A DNA stretch of 64,000 nt from an uncultured delta proteobacterium (GCA_963696385.1 CAVOKF010000008.1:736001-800000), one strand, 5' to 3'; shown: positions 19,268-29,735, numbered from the stretch's first letter. The notes: generated by a model from the sequence alone, not told the origin. A program made the numbers and translations.

Positions 19268-22200
19268 TCATTCGTCGTCGGACGAAGCCGTTTCGCTGAG
19301 CTCTTCGTCGGTCTTGGGCGTCGGCAGCAGCTCGCCGTTCGGCCCATCGCGCCGCACCACGAACGTTCGACGCGTGGTCGTGTCCGGATTCTCTCGCGCG
19401 ACGATCGTCACGACGTTGACGCCCGGACGCAGAGGCAGATCGGCATCGAACGCCATCCTCTTCGGATCGGATCCTTTGCGGTTCGAGCGGTAAAACACCT
19501 TACGCGCCCCGACGAAGATGTACGCGTCGAGCAAGCGCGCGTCATCGCTCGTGGTCCCGCGAACCGCGGTGTGGGGGGCCGTCGTGGCCAGCTGCGGTTG
19601 CGGGATCTCGATGGCCGGCGGCGCATGCTCCATGGCGTCTTCGAACGCCGGCTGATTGGCGGCAACCCCGCCGTGCTCGAGCTCCGACACGGGGGCAAAC
19701 GCGAAGCGACCGCCGCCGAGCGACAGCTTCACGTACCCATCGGCGGTCCCGAGGACCGGCGCCGCGCTGCCGGCGGGCAGCCGCCCGAAGACGCGTCCCG
19801 CGGCGTCCGGCTCGTTGACGAGATTCGCGCCGCCAGTCCTCGCGCGGTCGACGCCGGACGCCGGTACCACTGCGGTGGCGTCGGCGATGGGAATGACCAC
19901 CTTCTCCGCCACTCCCTCGCGCAAGTCCTCGTCGTGGATCGTCAGCTCGACCTTGGCTTCGGGATCCGCAAGCTGCGGTTCGACGTCGAACGTGAAGGCC
20001 ACGCGCCGAGTGTCGCCGGGCATCATGTTGGACACGTCGAAACGTCCATCGTGCAGCAGAAGGCCTTCGCCGGACAGGTTGCGCAAGTTCGCCATGGTCT
20101 CGAGCGATTGGCCGTGCCCGACATTCTTGATCGTCAGATACATCGTGAGGCCCTCGCCCTTCTGGGCGCGGCCGTCGCCGTTGCCGCGACGGTTGTCGAT
20201 GATCTCGTACGAGTAGGCGAACACGGGACGGTCGAGTGACTTCACCGTAGCCCGGAGCTCGGCGTCGGCCGGCGCGTGCCCGCGCGCTTCTTCGAAGTGA
20301 AATTTCACGCCGTCCGATCGCATGAGCGCATCCTTGGGAATCGGACAAACGCGCGGCGCGTCCTTGGGCAGCTGCGCCGTCGAGCCGACTTTGTGGCCCT
20401 TGAAGTCGCACCAGCTGGCCGGGGCCGACACCGTCCGCGATTTGCCGGGCTCGAGTTTTCCGAGCGCCAGCTGCTTGTTGTCGAACAGCGGGTCTTCGCT
20501 CTTGGTGACCGCGAACAAGCGATACAGGGTCGCGGAGCCATGGTTGGTCACCGTGACCTTGAGATTCATCGTCTCGCCGGCCGTCACCTCGTTGTTGGGT
20601 CGGTCGGTCTCGACCTTGACGTCGACGCCCGCCGGAGGGGCAGGCGGCTGCGCCGCGGCGACGTCCGCGGGGGCGTCGCTCCAGTCGATGCCGAGCCCCT
20701 TCAACTCGTCGGCGACCTTCTCGACCTCGGCGCGCCGCGTTTCGGCGATGAACGGCCTGGCCTGGCGGACCTCATCGACGCGTTTGCCCGGCTGCACGTG
20801 CTGCAACAGCTCACCGGAAAACCGAATCGGGAAGTCGAGTTCGAAGGTTTCGTCGAGGTCGCCGCCGCGGTCGCGCTGCTCGAGGCGCGCGCGAATCGGC
20901 AAGTCGTATTTCACGACTTCGAGGGGCCGGCCGCCCTCTTTGGCTCGCACGTTGGACAAGGCTCGCGACAGGTCGCGCTCCTTGATCCCGCCCGGGTCCG
21001 CCGTGAGATCCATCTCGAGGGAATCGACCGTCATCGGATCGAGCTCGATGTCCGGTGTGACTCCTACCCCCTGGATCGACACATCGCCCGGCTCCGTCAG
21101 GTATTGAGCGATCGTCAGCTTGAGCGCTGCCTTGTCGGGCATGTCGGGGAATACGAGCTGTACGCTGCCCTTTCCGAACGTCGTCTCGCCCACGACCATC
21201 GCCCGATCGTGATTTTTCAGTGCGCCGGTCACGATCTCGCTCGCGCTCGCGCTCGATCCGTTGACGAGGATCGCCAGAGGATAGTTCGGCTCCGTCCCCT
21301 CTCCGTGCGCGACCTTCTCTTCACGGCCCTCACTCGGATTGCCGACGGTGGCGACGATGGGACCGTCGCTGATGAACGTGTCGACGACCTTGGCAGCCTG
21401 GTCGAGCAAACCACCCGGGTTTCCCCGCAGGTCGAGCACGAGGCCTTTGAGCTCGCCGCCCTTTTTCATGTCCGCGAGAGCGGTCTGCAGGTCGGTCGTC
21501 GTATTCGCCTGAAACTGCTTGATGCGGACGTAACCGATGCCGCCCTCGAGCAGCTTGTGATCGACCGAAGCGACGTGAATGACCTCGCGCGAGAGTTCGA
21601 ACGGGCGAACGCCCTGCCACCCCTCATTTCCGTCCCGATGAATCCAGACGGTCACTTTGGTTCCCGGCACGCCGCGCAGGTGGTTGACGGCCTCGTTGAG
21701 GCCCATGTTCAACGTGGACTCGTTGTTGATCTTCTGGATGCGGTCGTACCTCTTGATCCCGGCACGTCCGGCCGGGGTGCCGGGCATCGGGTTCATGACC
21801 GTCAGCTGCTGGTCGCGGATCGAAATGACGATGCCGAGTCCACCGAATTGCCCTTGGGTCGTCAGATTCATCTCCTTGTAGGCCTCGGGCGACAGGAGCA
21901 CCGAGTGCGGATCGAGCGTGTGCAGCATCCCGTTCGCCGCCGCGTACTCGACGTCGCGCAGATCGACCTCGCTGCCGCGCAAGCCGTCTTGCAGGAACGC
22001 GAAGACCTCGCGCAAGTGAGAGCTCACGTCCCAAGGGGCGACGACGTCGTCCACCCGGAACGTCTTCTCCTGGGTATCGACGCGCACACGCACTTGCGAC
22101 GGATCGTTTTCCTCGCGCGTCACGATGACCTGCGCGACGTCCTTTTGAACGTAATCGAGCGCCGAAAGCAGCATCTCCTTCGGCTTGACACGGCGCGGAT

Positions 22201-22429
22201 CGACGTAGCGATCGCGCACGGTCTTCAAGACTTCGTTTACGACCTTGAGCTGCGTCAAATCGTAGGGCGCAGGCGTGTGCTCCGATCCGACGGAGTTGGC
22301 CGCCGCGATCGCTGGGGTCAGCCCCTGCCAGAGCGACCCGTTGTTGAGCCGAAATGCGAGAAATGCCGCGATGAGGAAGGCCCCCAAGAGGGCGCCAGCC
22401 TTCGCAAACCGGTCGAGAATGCGCATCAC
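19268..22429 (-). CDS. S41 carboxy-terminal protease with PDZ and long C-terminal extension (MXAN_5808-like)
   Basis: LDPHS, FGGLGI, DLRGNPGG, SASASEI, TFGKGSVQ; C-terminal Ig-like regions. Confidence 0.92.
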   Translation of the reverse strand: MMRILDRFAKAGALLGAFLIAAFLAFRLNNGSLWQGLTPAIAAANSVGSEHTPAPYDLTQLKVVNEVLKTVRDRYVDPRRVKPKEMLLSALDYVQKDVAQVIVTREENDPSQVRVRVDTQEKTFRVDDVVAPWDVSSHLREVFAFLQDGLRGSEVDLRDVEYAAANGMLHTLDPHSVLLSPEAYKEMNLTTQGQFGGLGIVISIRDQQLTVMNPMPGTPAGRAGIKRYDRIQKINNESTLNMGLNEAVNHLRGVPGTKVTVWIHRDGNEGWQGVRPFELSREVIHVASVDHKLLEGGIGYVRIKQFQANTTTDLQTALADMKKGGELKGLVLDLRGNPGGLLDQAAKVVDTFISDGPIVATVGNPSEGREEKVAHGEGTEPNYPLAILVNGSSASASEIVTGALKNHDRAMVVGETTFGKGSVQLVFPDMPDKAALKLTIAQYLTEPGDVSIQGVGVTPDIELDPMTVDSLEMDLTADPGGIKERDLSRALSNVRAKEGGRPLEVVKYDLPIRARLEQRDRGGDLDETFELDFPIRFSGELLQHVQPGKRVDEVRQARPFIAETRRAEVEKVADELKGLGIDWSDAPADVAAAQPPAPPAGVDVKVETDRPNNEVTAGETMNLKVTVTNHGSATLYRLFAVTKSEDPLFDNKQLALGKLEPGKSRTVSAPASWCDFKGHKVGSTAQLPKDAPRVCPIPKDALMRSDGVKFHFEEARGHAPADAELRATVKSLDRPVFAYSYEIIDNRRGNGDGRAQKGEGLTMYLTIKNVGHGQSLETMANLRNLSGEGLLLHDGRFDVSNMMPGDTRRVAFTFDVEPQLADPEAKVELTIHDEDLREGVAEKVVIPIADATAVVPASGVDRARTGGANLVNEPDAAGRVFGRLPAGSAAPVLGTADGYVKLSLGGGRFAFAPVSELEHGGVAANQPAFEDAMEHAPPAIEIPQPQLATTAPHTAVRGTTSDDARLLDAYIFVGARKVFYRSNRKGSDPKRMAFDADLPLRPGVNVVTIVARENPDTTTRRTFVVRRDGPNGELLPTPKTDEELSETASSDDE

Positions 22430-22444
22430 CGCGGAGTATAGACG

Positions 22445-23188
22445 TCAGGCTCGCTTTCGGAGCACGGCGACGTAAAAACCGGCGAAAATGGCGGCGGCCG
22501 TGTCGGCGAGTCGGACCTCGACCGCGCGGACGACGGAACGCACCCCCGGTACACGCAGGACTCCCGCCGAGGGCGTCACGATCCGCACGCCCCGCGCACA
22601 CTCGAAACTCAGGCTGGGGGGCAACAGCCGAGGCACGACCCACGGAGCGTCGAACCTCGTGTACACCGCGCTTTCGCGAATCGACGTGGAGATGCGGCCC
22701 GATGGGCCGAACCGCTTGAGGACGCCCCGCAAGCTGAGCGGATTGTAGAACTCGGCGACCACCACGCCCCCCGGGCGCGTGACCCTGGCCATCTCCGCCA
22801 GGGCTTGCCCCACTTGAGGCACGTGCGCGAGGACTTTGAATGCGTACGTCACGTCGAATCGCTCCGTGTCGAACGGAAGCGCGACGACATCGCCTTCGTG
22901 CACGTCGAGCCCGCGCGCACGCGCCCTTTCGAGCATCCCTGGCGAAAGGTCGATTCCAGTGGCCGACCGGGCGACGCGCGCAATGCGCTCGAGCAAGAGC
23001 CCTGTGCCGACGCCGCACTCGAGCACGTCCCGCCCTGTGCCATAGCGCTCGATGAGATCGACTTCGAGATCGTCCACCAGGGCGTGGTAGCCGTCGGGAC
23101 GATTGGGGCGCCGCTCCGCCTCGTAGCCGAGCGCGAACTCGTCGTAGTAGTCGCGTATCGCGTTTGCGCGCGGAGGGTCGAAGGCCAT
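22445..23188 (-). CDS. Class I SAM-dependent methyltransferase
   Basis: VLECGVGTG, GIDLSPGML, LPF..FD, EMARVTRPGG. Confidence 0.92.
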   Translation of the reverse strand: MAFDPPRANAIRDYYDEFALGYEAERRPNRPDGYHALVDDLEVDLIERYGTGRDVLECGVGTGLLLERIARVARSATGIDLSPGMLERARARGLDVHEGDVVALPFDTERFDVTYAFKVLAHVPQVGQALAEMARVTRPGGVVVAEFYNPLSLRGVLKRFGPSGRISTSIRESAVYTRFDAPWVVPRLLPPSLSFECARGVRIVTPSAGVLRVPGVRSVVRAVEVRLADTAAAIFAGFYVAVLRKRA

Positions 23189-23261
23189 GCCGGGTCGTCG
23201 GCCATAGCATGCGATCGGGGGGAGCCTCGCCTCGATCCTTGTCGCGACCGTTTCAAGCTCG

Positions 23262-24571
23262 TCAGCGGCACGCGATCCGTGCCAGCCAGCTTCCGCCCGA
23301 ATCGAGCCAGCCGATCCACAGTGCCCCGCGCGAATCGAGCGCGAGAGCCACATCGCTCGGCGATCCGTCGGTGGGCACGAGGGCGCGGGGTAGAAAGATG
23401 CGGTCTTGCCGCAGCTCGCCGAGCTCGAGCTCGCGCGGCGCGCTCGGCTGCGCGGATTGCGGGCGAACGCGGGCCACCCACGTTCGCCCACGACCGACCG
23501 CCACCGCGACGGGAGCGGGGTCGAGTCCGTTGGGGTAAAGCGACCACACCACGGGTTCGTCCACTCGCGGCGGATCGTCGAGGGTCACGACGGCCAGACC
23601 AAAGTTTCCGACGTCTTGCGAGATCGGCAAGAGGGCCGACGCGGGGCCCGAGGGCGGCAGGGCCAGCACGCCGGACGTCCTTCGATCCCCGGGTCCCCCG
23701 ACGAACACCACGACGTCCTCGCCGATCTGGAGATCACGGTCGTACGTCAAAAGGCGCGTATGCATCGCCGTGAGCGCGGACCGCGCGTCCACGACGAGGG
23801 CCATCAACGACGCACCTCGGGGTGCGAGCGAGATCGACGTTGCGCCGCTACCGGGCTCGGACAAGCGTACGGGCGACTGATCGTCGACCGCCGCCCAGGC
23901 TTCGCTCACCCAGCCTTCGCTCGACTGACGGCTCGCGAGGTGCACGAGCACGTTGTGCCCCTCACCGATCGGTCCGGCGGCGATGCGCGTTCCGGTCCGG
24001 CTGTTGGCGACGACGCGTTCCTCCCCGCCGCCGAGCGGAGCGCGGTGGACGTCACCGGCGCGATCCGGACAGAACGTCCAGTCGCCGGCGACTGCGCACG
24101 GGATGGCCAAACCGCGTTTGACCGGATCGGTAGCGAGCTCCCGGGCGGCCGCTCCACGGCCCTGAAAGGCCCCGGTCGGAAACGCGACGACGGTCGCGCG
24201 ACCGTCGTCGTCCAAGAATCGCTGCCAGCGTGTCGCCGCGCAGAGCCAGCGCAACAGCCCCACGCACGGGCAATTCAATCGGCCCGCGAAGAACGCGACA
24301 TTCCGAGGCTCCACCGTCGGACGCACGCAGAATCGCGGGTCGAGGTCGGAGTCGAGGTCGGGGTCGAGGTCGGAGTCGAGGTCGAGGTCGGAGTCGGGGT
24401 CGAGGTCGGAGTCGAGGTCGAGGTCGAGGTCGAGGTCGAGGTCGAGGTCGAGGTCGGGGTCGGGGTCGCACGTGCGCATGCCGCGAGGACGAAGATCCCC
24501 AGCCACGCGGTTGACCTGCGCGCGCTTGCGGCGCACGGTGCGGTCTCGTCGGTCGTTGCGCGGGCCATCAT
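23262..24571 (-). pseudogene. Hypothetical lipoprotein with Ser/Thr/Pro repeat linker, interrupted by two frameshifts
   Basis: Frame A: WLGIFVLAAC lipobox + TPTSTST; frame B: AILRASDGGASECRVLRGPIELPVRGAVALALRGDTLAAIL; frame C: DDDGRATVV to the stop at 23262. Removing one base near 24338 and one near 24213 joins them. Confidence 0.65.
24338..24468. repeat. Hexanucleotide microsatellite GTCG(AG/GA/GG), about 21 units
   Basis: Directly visible; encodes Thr-Ser/Thr-Pro on the minus strand. Confidence 0.95.
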
Positions 24572-24680
24572 GGCCCGGACCCTTTTACTATGCTTGCGTG
24601 GCGTACCGGACCGGCGGCGCTACCGGGGCGCCTCCCGCACGTCCGGCCTCGCCCACGGACCGCGTCGAGCGAGGCCGGGT

Positions 24681-25361
24681 TCACGACGGCGTGAGGCGGG
24701 GCGCCCCATCGCGCAGCCATTGCAGCACGACCGAAGCCGCGCGCGCCGCAGCGCGATGGTGATTGGCCTGCCACTGCTCGCGGGCGCGGGCGCCGACGAC
24801 ATTCGCCACGCCGAGGACGGCCGCGAAGGCGACGCCGGCCGCGGCACACGCGATCGCGACGGCGAAGGCTTCGAGATGCTCGACCTCGGTCGCACTCTCT
24901 CGTGCGATGAATCCTGCCGCGTCATCGTTCACGGTGATGGCCAGCGTCGTCGCGACGTCCGCCGCGCGCGCCCCCGCGTCGGTCAGAGCCATCCGAAGCG
25001 GGTCCGACGAATCGATCGCCGTCGTCATCTTGGCCGGAAATTGGGCCCTCCCCGACAGAGTCGAGGGGTCGACGAGCCGGACGCAGCGCGAAACGATGAC
25101 GTCGCCGAGCGCGACCGGGCCGCCGGCATAGGCCCCGCAGGTGCCGACCAACACGACGGCGCGCGGACCGGCCTCCGCAATCGACCGGGCGGCGCCCGCC
25201 GCGGCGGCCGCCATCCCAATCCCGACGACGCGCGCGGCGACGAGCGTACCGTCGATCCGGACCGGGGTTCCGTCGCCGATCGTGGCGCGAAGATCCGTGA
25301 GCTCCGGCTCGAACGCCGCGACCAGCAGGACATCCGCGGGCACCCAGGTCCGATCGGGCAT
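24681..25361 (-). CDS. PNP/UDP phosphorylase-family nucleosidase, futalosine hydrolase (MqnB)-like
   Basis: LLVAAFEPE, GIGMAAAA, LVGTCGAY, EHLEAFAV, GVANVVGARAREQW. Confidence 0.75.
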   Translation of the reverse strand: MPDRTWVPADVLLVAAFEPELTDLRATIGDGTPVRIDGTLVAARVVGIGMAAAAAGAARSIAEAGPRAVVLVGTCGAYAGGPVALGDVIVSRCVRLVDPSTLSGRAQFPAKMTTAIDSSDPLRMALTDAGARAADVATTLAITVNDDAAGFIARESATEVEHLEAFAVAIACAAAGVAFAAVLGVANVVGARAREQWQANHHRAAARAASVVLQWLRDGAPRLTPS

Positions 25362-25512
25362 GGCGGCAATGTAGACCGGCGCTTGACCGGTGGGGCAAAT
25401 CCGAGCCGCATCCGCGTGGCCTCGGCCACCCTGCGACCGTCCGGCGATTCGTCCGCGGTGGGCGCGCTTCCTTGCCTGGACCGGTGGGTACAACTACCGT
25501 ATTCACGTCGTG

Positions 25513-26376
25513 ATGCGTTTTCGTGCGTGGCCCTTGTTCCTGTTGGCGCCGACGTCGGTCGCGTGCGCCGCAACGGTGTCCCCGTCGGACTCGGTGGGGG
25601 ATGCGGAGCCAACGATCACGAGCGCAGTCGTAGTCGTCGAACGCACTTCCGATCCGGACGCGGCCCCCCGAAGCCAGGCGAGCGCGCGGTTCATCCGGGT
25701 GGCCTCGTCCTCCTCGACGGAGGAGGCCCTGCGGGCCATCGGTGCGGCCGTCGAGCTGCCCACCGGCAACACGTGCGCCCCCGTCGCGTCGCTCGCGTCC
25801 GGCGTGGGCCTGGAACAGCCGGCACCGGTCGTGGAGCTGCTCGACGTCGGGTCGGTGTCGCTCGAAACCTCGGGCGGCGCGGAGGCGCGCTTGGCGCCGC
25901 GACAGCTGCCGGACGTGACCGATGTCGTGAGCGGAGTCGTTTACGCTCGGGCCGCAGATTCCGCGACGTTGCCCGCCGATGCGCGCTACGTGCTCCACGT
26001 CGGAGGACGACCCGATCTCGCTGGGTTCGACTTGACGACGGTCGCTCCCGACAATCCGGCCGATGTTCGACTCGTTGGAGAAGAGCCTTCGGGCACCCTC
26101 GCACTCGCGTCCCCGTCGGTCGACGTTACCTGGAGACCCAACGGCACCACCGACCTCATTTACGTCGATCTGCAGCCCGGCGGCGTCCGGTGCGTCTTGG
26201 GCAACGGCACAGCCGAAGCCCCGATCGCTCATGGTGCATTTCCCGCGTCGCTCTTGAGCAGCTCCGGTTCCATCCTCGTGCACCGGCTGCACCGCGAGCC
26301 CTTGCACGCGCCTGGCCTCGACAGCGGCGAGATCCGTTTCGACTTCGCACGGTCGGTCGCCTACGTCCGACGCTGA
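25513..26376 (+). CDS. Hypothetical lipoprotein
   Basis: Signal peptide ending in SVAC; globular beta-rich remainder. Confidence 0.75.
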   Translation: MRFRAWPLFLLAPTSVACAATVSPSDSVGDAEPTITSAVVVVERTSDPDAAPRSQASARFIRVASSSSTEEALRAIGAAVELPTGNTCAPVASLASGVGLEQPAPVVELLDVGSVSLETSGGAEARLAPRQLPDVTDVVSGVVYARAADSATLPADARYVLHVGGRPDLAGFDLTTVAPDNPADVRLVGEEPSGTLALASPSVDVTWRPNGTTDLIYVDLQPGGVRCVLGNGTAEAPIAHGAFPASLLSSSGSILVHRLHREPLHAPGLDSGEIRFDFARSVAYVRR

Positions 26377-26390
26377 TTTCGCCGCCGATC

Positions 26391-27227
26391 ATGTGCCGAT
26401 CGCGATTCGTCTGCCGCCTCATCGCTTGCCTTTTGGCCCCGCCCTTCGCGACCGCGGCGTTTGCGCAGTCGCCGCCGCATGCTCGCCGGTCGAAGGCGAG
26501 CGCCGCGGAGGCGCAAACGGCGGCGTCAGCGTCTGCCATCGGTTACCTGTCGGGCAAGCAGCCGCTCGTGGGTCTGCACGCGGCGTCGAACGACCCCGTG
26601 CCGCGCGACACGTCGGGCCGCCCGATGCTGGCGCTGAGGACGATCCAGCGCGGCGAATTCCTGGCGATTCGCGCAGCGACGGACGACGGCGGCTTCGCTT
26701 CGATCGACCTCGACCGCACGACGCACCTGCTGCGGGCGGCCGGCGGCGAGGAGCACCCGATGGATCCGCGAACCGTGGCGCTCCTTTACCGTCTCCAAAC
26801 CCATTTCGGGGTCCCGGAGCTTCGGGTCGTCTCGGGGTATCGAGTTCCGAAGCCTCGATCGCATTCCAACCACGGCAAGGGCCGCGCGGTCGACCTCATC
26901 GTCCCCGGAATCCCGGACGCGGACGTGGCCGCATTCGCCCGCGAACTCGGCTTCGTCGGAGTTGGGGTCTACCCGGTGAGTCAATTCGTGCACGTCGACG
27001 TGCGACCCCGCAGCTACTTCTGGGTCGACTTCAGCGGACCGCGCATGAAAAACCGGGAACGGGGCATCCTGGGGGACCTGGCGGTCAAGAGCGACGCTCT
27101 GGCGCTGGCGAGCGGGCATCCCGCGGTCGAGCCGTTCGGCGTCGGAGGCGACGTCGACGCCGCCCTTCGCAGCTACGACCGAGAACCCGCGGCGGCGCCG
27201 GAGGACGACGACGACGAGGAGAACTGA
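26391..27227 (+). CDS. YcbK/DUF882 family peptidase M15 (peptidoglycan endopeptidase-like)
   Basis: MDPR, VSGYR, SNHGKGRAVD, GVGVYP..FVHVDVR; N-terminal signal peptide. Confidence 0.88.
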   Translation: MCRSRFVCRLIACLLAPPFATAAFAQSPPHARRSKASAAEAQTAASASAIGYLSGKQPLVGLHAASNDPVPRDTSGRPMLALRTIQRGEFLAIRAATDDGGFASIDLDRTTHLLRAAGGEEHPMDPRTVALLYRLQTHFGVPELRVVSGYRVPKPRSHSNHGKGRAVDLIVPGIPDADVAAFARELGFVGVGVYPVSQFVHVDVRPRSYFWVDFSGPRMKNRERGILGDLAVKSDALALASGHPAVEPFGVGGDVDAALRSYDREPAAAPEDDDDEEN

Positions 27228-27267
27228 CGGGGGACCTCTCGCCCCCGGAGGCCGGCCCTCACCCACC

Positions 27268-29211
27268 ATGGATCGAGTGGACGCGGACGTTCTCGCTCTC
27301 GTGCGCGCGGGTCGATTGCTCGACGCGGCGAATCTCGCGAGAGCCCGTGGACAATCGCGCGACGCGAGCGCCCTCTTCGAGCAAGCGTGCTTCTTTCAAC
27401 CCGCCGCCGAAGAAGCGCTTCGAGCAGGCGACGCCACGCGTGCCCTGGATCTCGCCGCCACCGCCGGAGACGCCTCGACGGCCGAACGGGCCTTGGCCCA
27501 GATTGCGGTCGACCCTCCGCTCGCCGAGCGCGTCGCGGAGCGGCTCGCGCGCACAGGTCACCACGCGTGGGCTGCGCGACTGCTTGCCGCGACCGGACGC
27601 GTCTTCGAAGCGGCTCGATCGTGGGAACGCGCGGGCGACGCGGTGCAGGCCGCGGCGATTTTCGAGACGCACGGCGACGTCTTGTCCGCGGTGCGCGTCC
27701 TCGAGGCCGCCGTGGGCCGCCACGGCCCGGCGTCGGGAGACGCCGTGGCGCTCGGCGCGCTGCTCGGTCGCCTCGGGCGAGACGAGGCGGCGGTACGCGT
27801 GCTCCAGCGGATTCCGAGCCGCGCGCCGGAGCGGCGCGAAGCACTCGGTTTGCTCGCCCACGCGCTAGAGCGTCTAGGGCTCCGGTACGCGGCGGCCGAG
27901 GCCGTGGGCGAGCTCGCGCGCATCGGCGACAGCCATGCCGACGCGATTCCGGAGCCCCGGATGGTTTCGCCTGAGAGGCTCTTCGGCCGCTACGAGATCG
28001 TCCGAGAGATTGGATCGTCCGCAAGCGCCCGCGTTCTCGAGTGCATCGATCGGGTCCGAGGCGACCGGGTCGCCGTGAAGATCTTCGCAACGGGCGCCAG
28101 CGCAACGGAGGCGGAGCCCGTCTCGCACTTCCTGCGGGACGTGGAAACCGTGCGCTCCCTCGATCATCCGGGCATCGTACCCACGCGCAAGATCGTGGGC
28201 CGCGAGATCGCGGTCGTGTCGTCCTGGATGGAAGGGGGGTCGCTCGAGGAAAGGCTCTCGCAGCCTATGGCCCCCCGTCGTGCCGTCGAGATCGCTTCCA
28301 TGCTGCTGCGCGCGATCGGTGACGCACATCGGTTCGGCGTTCTGCACAGGGCCATCAAACCAACCAACGTGCTGTTCGATTCGGTCGGCACGGCTCGCTT
28401 GACCGATTTCGGAACGGCATGGTTGGTCGACGTCTCGGCCACGGCCGGCGCCGACGCCCTGGCGTACGCGAGTCCCGAGGCACGCGAGGGACGGTCGCTC
28501 ACCGCATCGAGCGATCTCTTCGCCGTCGGGGTCATGCTCCACGAGATGTTGACCGGGGAACGACCGCGCGTCGCCAGGGGCCTTCGCGTGCGTCCGAGCG
28601 AGCGGCACCCAGGCCTCAACGCCGAGCACGACGCCCTCATCGCCCGATGGACAGCCGAAGATCCGGACCGGCGGCCGGCAAGCGCTCATGACGCGCTCGA
28701 CGACCTGTCGAAATGGCGATGGCCGTCTTCGGTCGATCCTCGATGGATGCGAACGCCCGCCCCGCCCGACTCGAACGACGCGGTTGCCGCGGGCCGTTTC
28801 GAGCCGGTGAGCTCCGAGGCAGGCACCTTCATCGACAGGTGGTGCGGGCGCGCCGTCGAGCGCATAGCTCTGACCGAACGAGTGTTGGGGCGCGCTCGGG
28901 CGTTCGCGCTGGCTGACGCGGACACCCCCGGCGGAGCCCTACAGGCCGTGTTGCGGGTCGACCCGGAGGACGGAACAATCTGGCTCGCAGCCGTTGGAGG
29001 GTCCCGGCTCGGCCGGCCCCTTGCCGCGGCCGAGCGCAATCGCCTTCAGCAGGCCCTCGACGCCCTTCACGCACACGGCATCGCGCACGGCCATGTCGAC
29101 GCCAGCCACATTGCGGTCGACGAGGAGGCGGGCGTCGTTCTGCGCTTCGCGCCCGACGACCACCCCACGGCCACGGCCGACGACGACGACCGCGCCCTGC
29201 TGGCCCTGTGA
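27268..29211 (+). CDS. Hanks-type Ser/Thr kinase-like protein with N-terminal TPR-like helices; catalytic Asp absent
   Basis: VAVK, LDHPGIV, HRAIKPTNV, TDFG, YASPE, SDLFAVG; second degenerate kinase-like lobe (HGIAHGHV) at the C-terminus. Confidence 0.88.
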   Translation: MDRVDADVLALVRAGRLLDAANLARARGQSRDASALFEQACFFQPAAEEALRAGDATRALDLAATAGDASTAERALAQIAVDPPLAERVAERLARTGHHAWAARLLAATGRVFEAARSWERAGDAVQAAAIFETHGDVLSAVRVLEAAVGRHGPASGDAVALGALLGRLGRDEAAVRVLQRIPSRAPERREALGLLAHALERLGLRYAAAEAVGELARIGDSHADAIPEPRMVSPERLFGRYEIVREIGSSASARVLECIDRVRGDRVAVKIFATGASATEAEPVSHFLRDVETVRSLDHPGIVPTRKIVGREIAVVSSWMEGGSLEERLSQPMAPRRAVEIASMLLRAIGDAHRFGVLHRAIKPTNVLFDSVGTARLTDFGTAWLVDVSATAGADALAYASPEAREGRSLTASSDLFAVGVMLHEMLTGERPRVARGLRVRPSERHPGLNAEHDALIARWTAEDPDRRPASAHDALDDLSKWRWPSSVDPRWMRTPAPPDSNDAVAAGRFEPVSSEAGTFIDRWCGRAVERIALTERVLGRARAFALADADTPGGALQAVLRVDPEDGTIWLAAVGGSRLGRPLAAAERNRLQQALDALHAHGIAHGHVDASHIAVDEEAGVVLRFAPDDHPTATADDDDRALLAL

Positions 29212-29214
29212 TCG

Positions 29215-29691
29215 TCAGCGATCGTCGGCAATCGCGTACACGATCTCGCGCGACAGCCCGTCTCGTTCGTACACGACGCGAAGCTCACTCGCGACGTCGA
29301 GGGAATCGAAAACGTTCAGGGCCTGTTCCGGGCGCTCGATCGGAAACCCATTGATGCTCGTCACGACATCGCCCGGCCGCAGATCCACGTCGCGCCAGAA
29401 CGACGGATCGTGGAGGGCGGCGACCCGGAACCCGTGGAACTTGCCGCCTGCGAGCACGGGACGTTCGTCGAGTTCGATCCGCTGGAGAAAGGCACCCAAG
29501 CCGAGCGCGACCAGAGCGCGCACGGCCGACCGCGCCAGCGTGCGATTCGAACGCGCCTCCGGCGCCGCACCGACATCCGAGGCCGGACGAGCGACCGAGG
29601 GCGTGACGGGCCCCGCCGCCGTCGGCGCCGAGCGCGCACCACCGCACGATCCGATCGCAGCGGCAAGACCCATCGGGACAAGCATTCGCAT
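29215..29691 (-). CDS. Small lipoprotein with GspC-like PDZ domain
   Basis: Lipobox IGSC; FHGFRV, LRPGDVVTSING, ERDG. Confidence 0.75.
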   Translation of the reverse strand: MRMLVPMGLAAAIGSCGGARSAPTAAGPVTPSVARPASDVGAAPEARSNRTLARSAVRALVALGLGAFLQRIELDERPVLAGGKFHGFRVAALHDPSFWRDVDLRPGDVVTSINGFPIERPEQALNVFDSLDVASELRVVYERDGLSREIVYAIADDR

Positions 29692-29735
29692 CGGCACGAT
29701 ATTATGGGCCTCGGGTCGAATCCGCGCGCAAGTCT

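Noticed and set aside
23406..26390. 1273-aa plus-strand ORF 23406..27227
   Set aside because: The upstream part is antisense or off-frame shadow of real genes (poly-VE comes from the microsatellite); only 26391-27227 is YcbK-like
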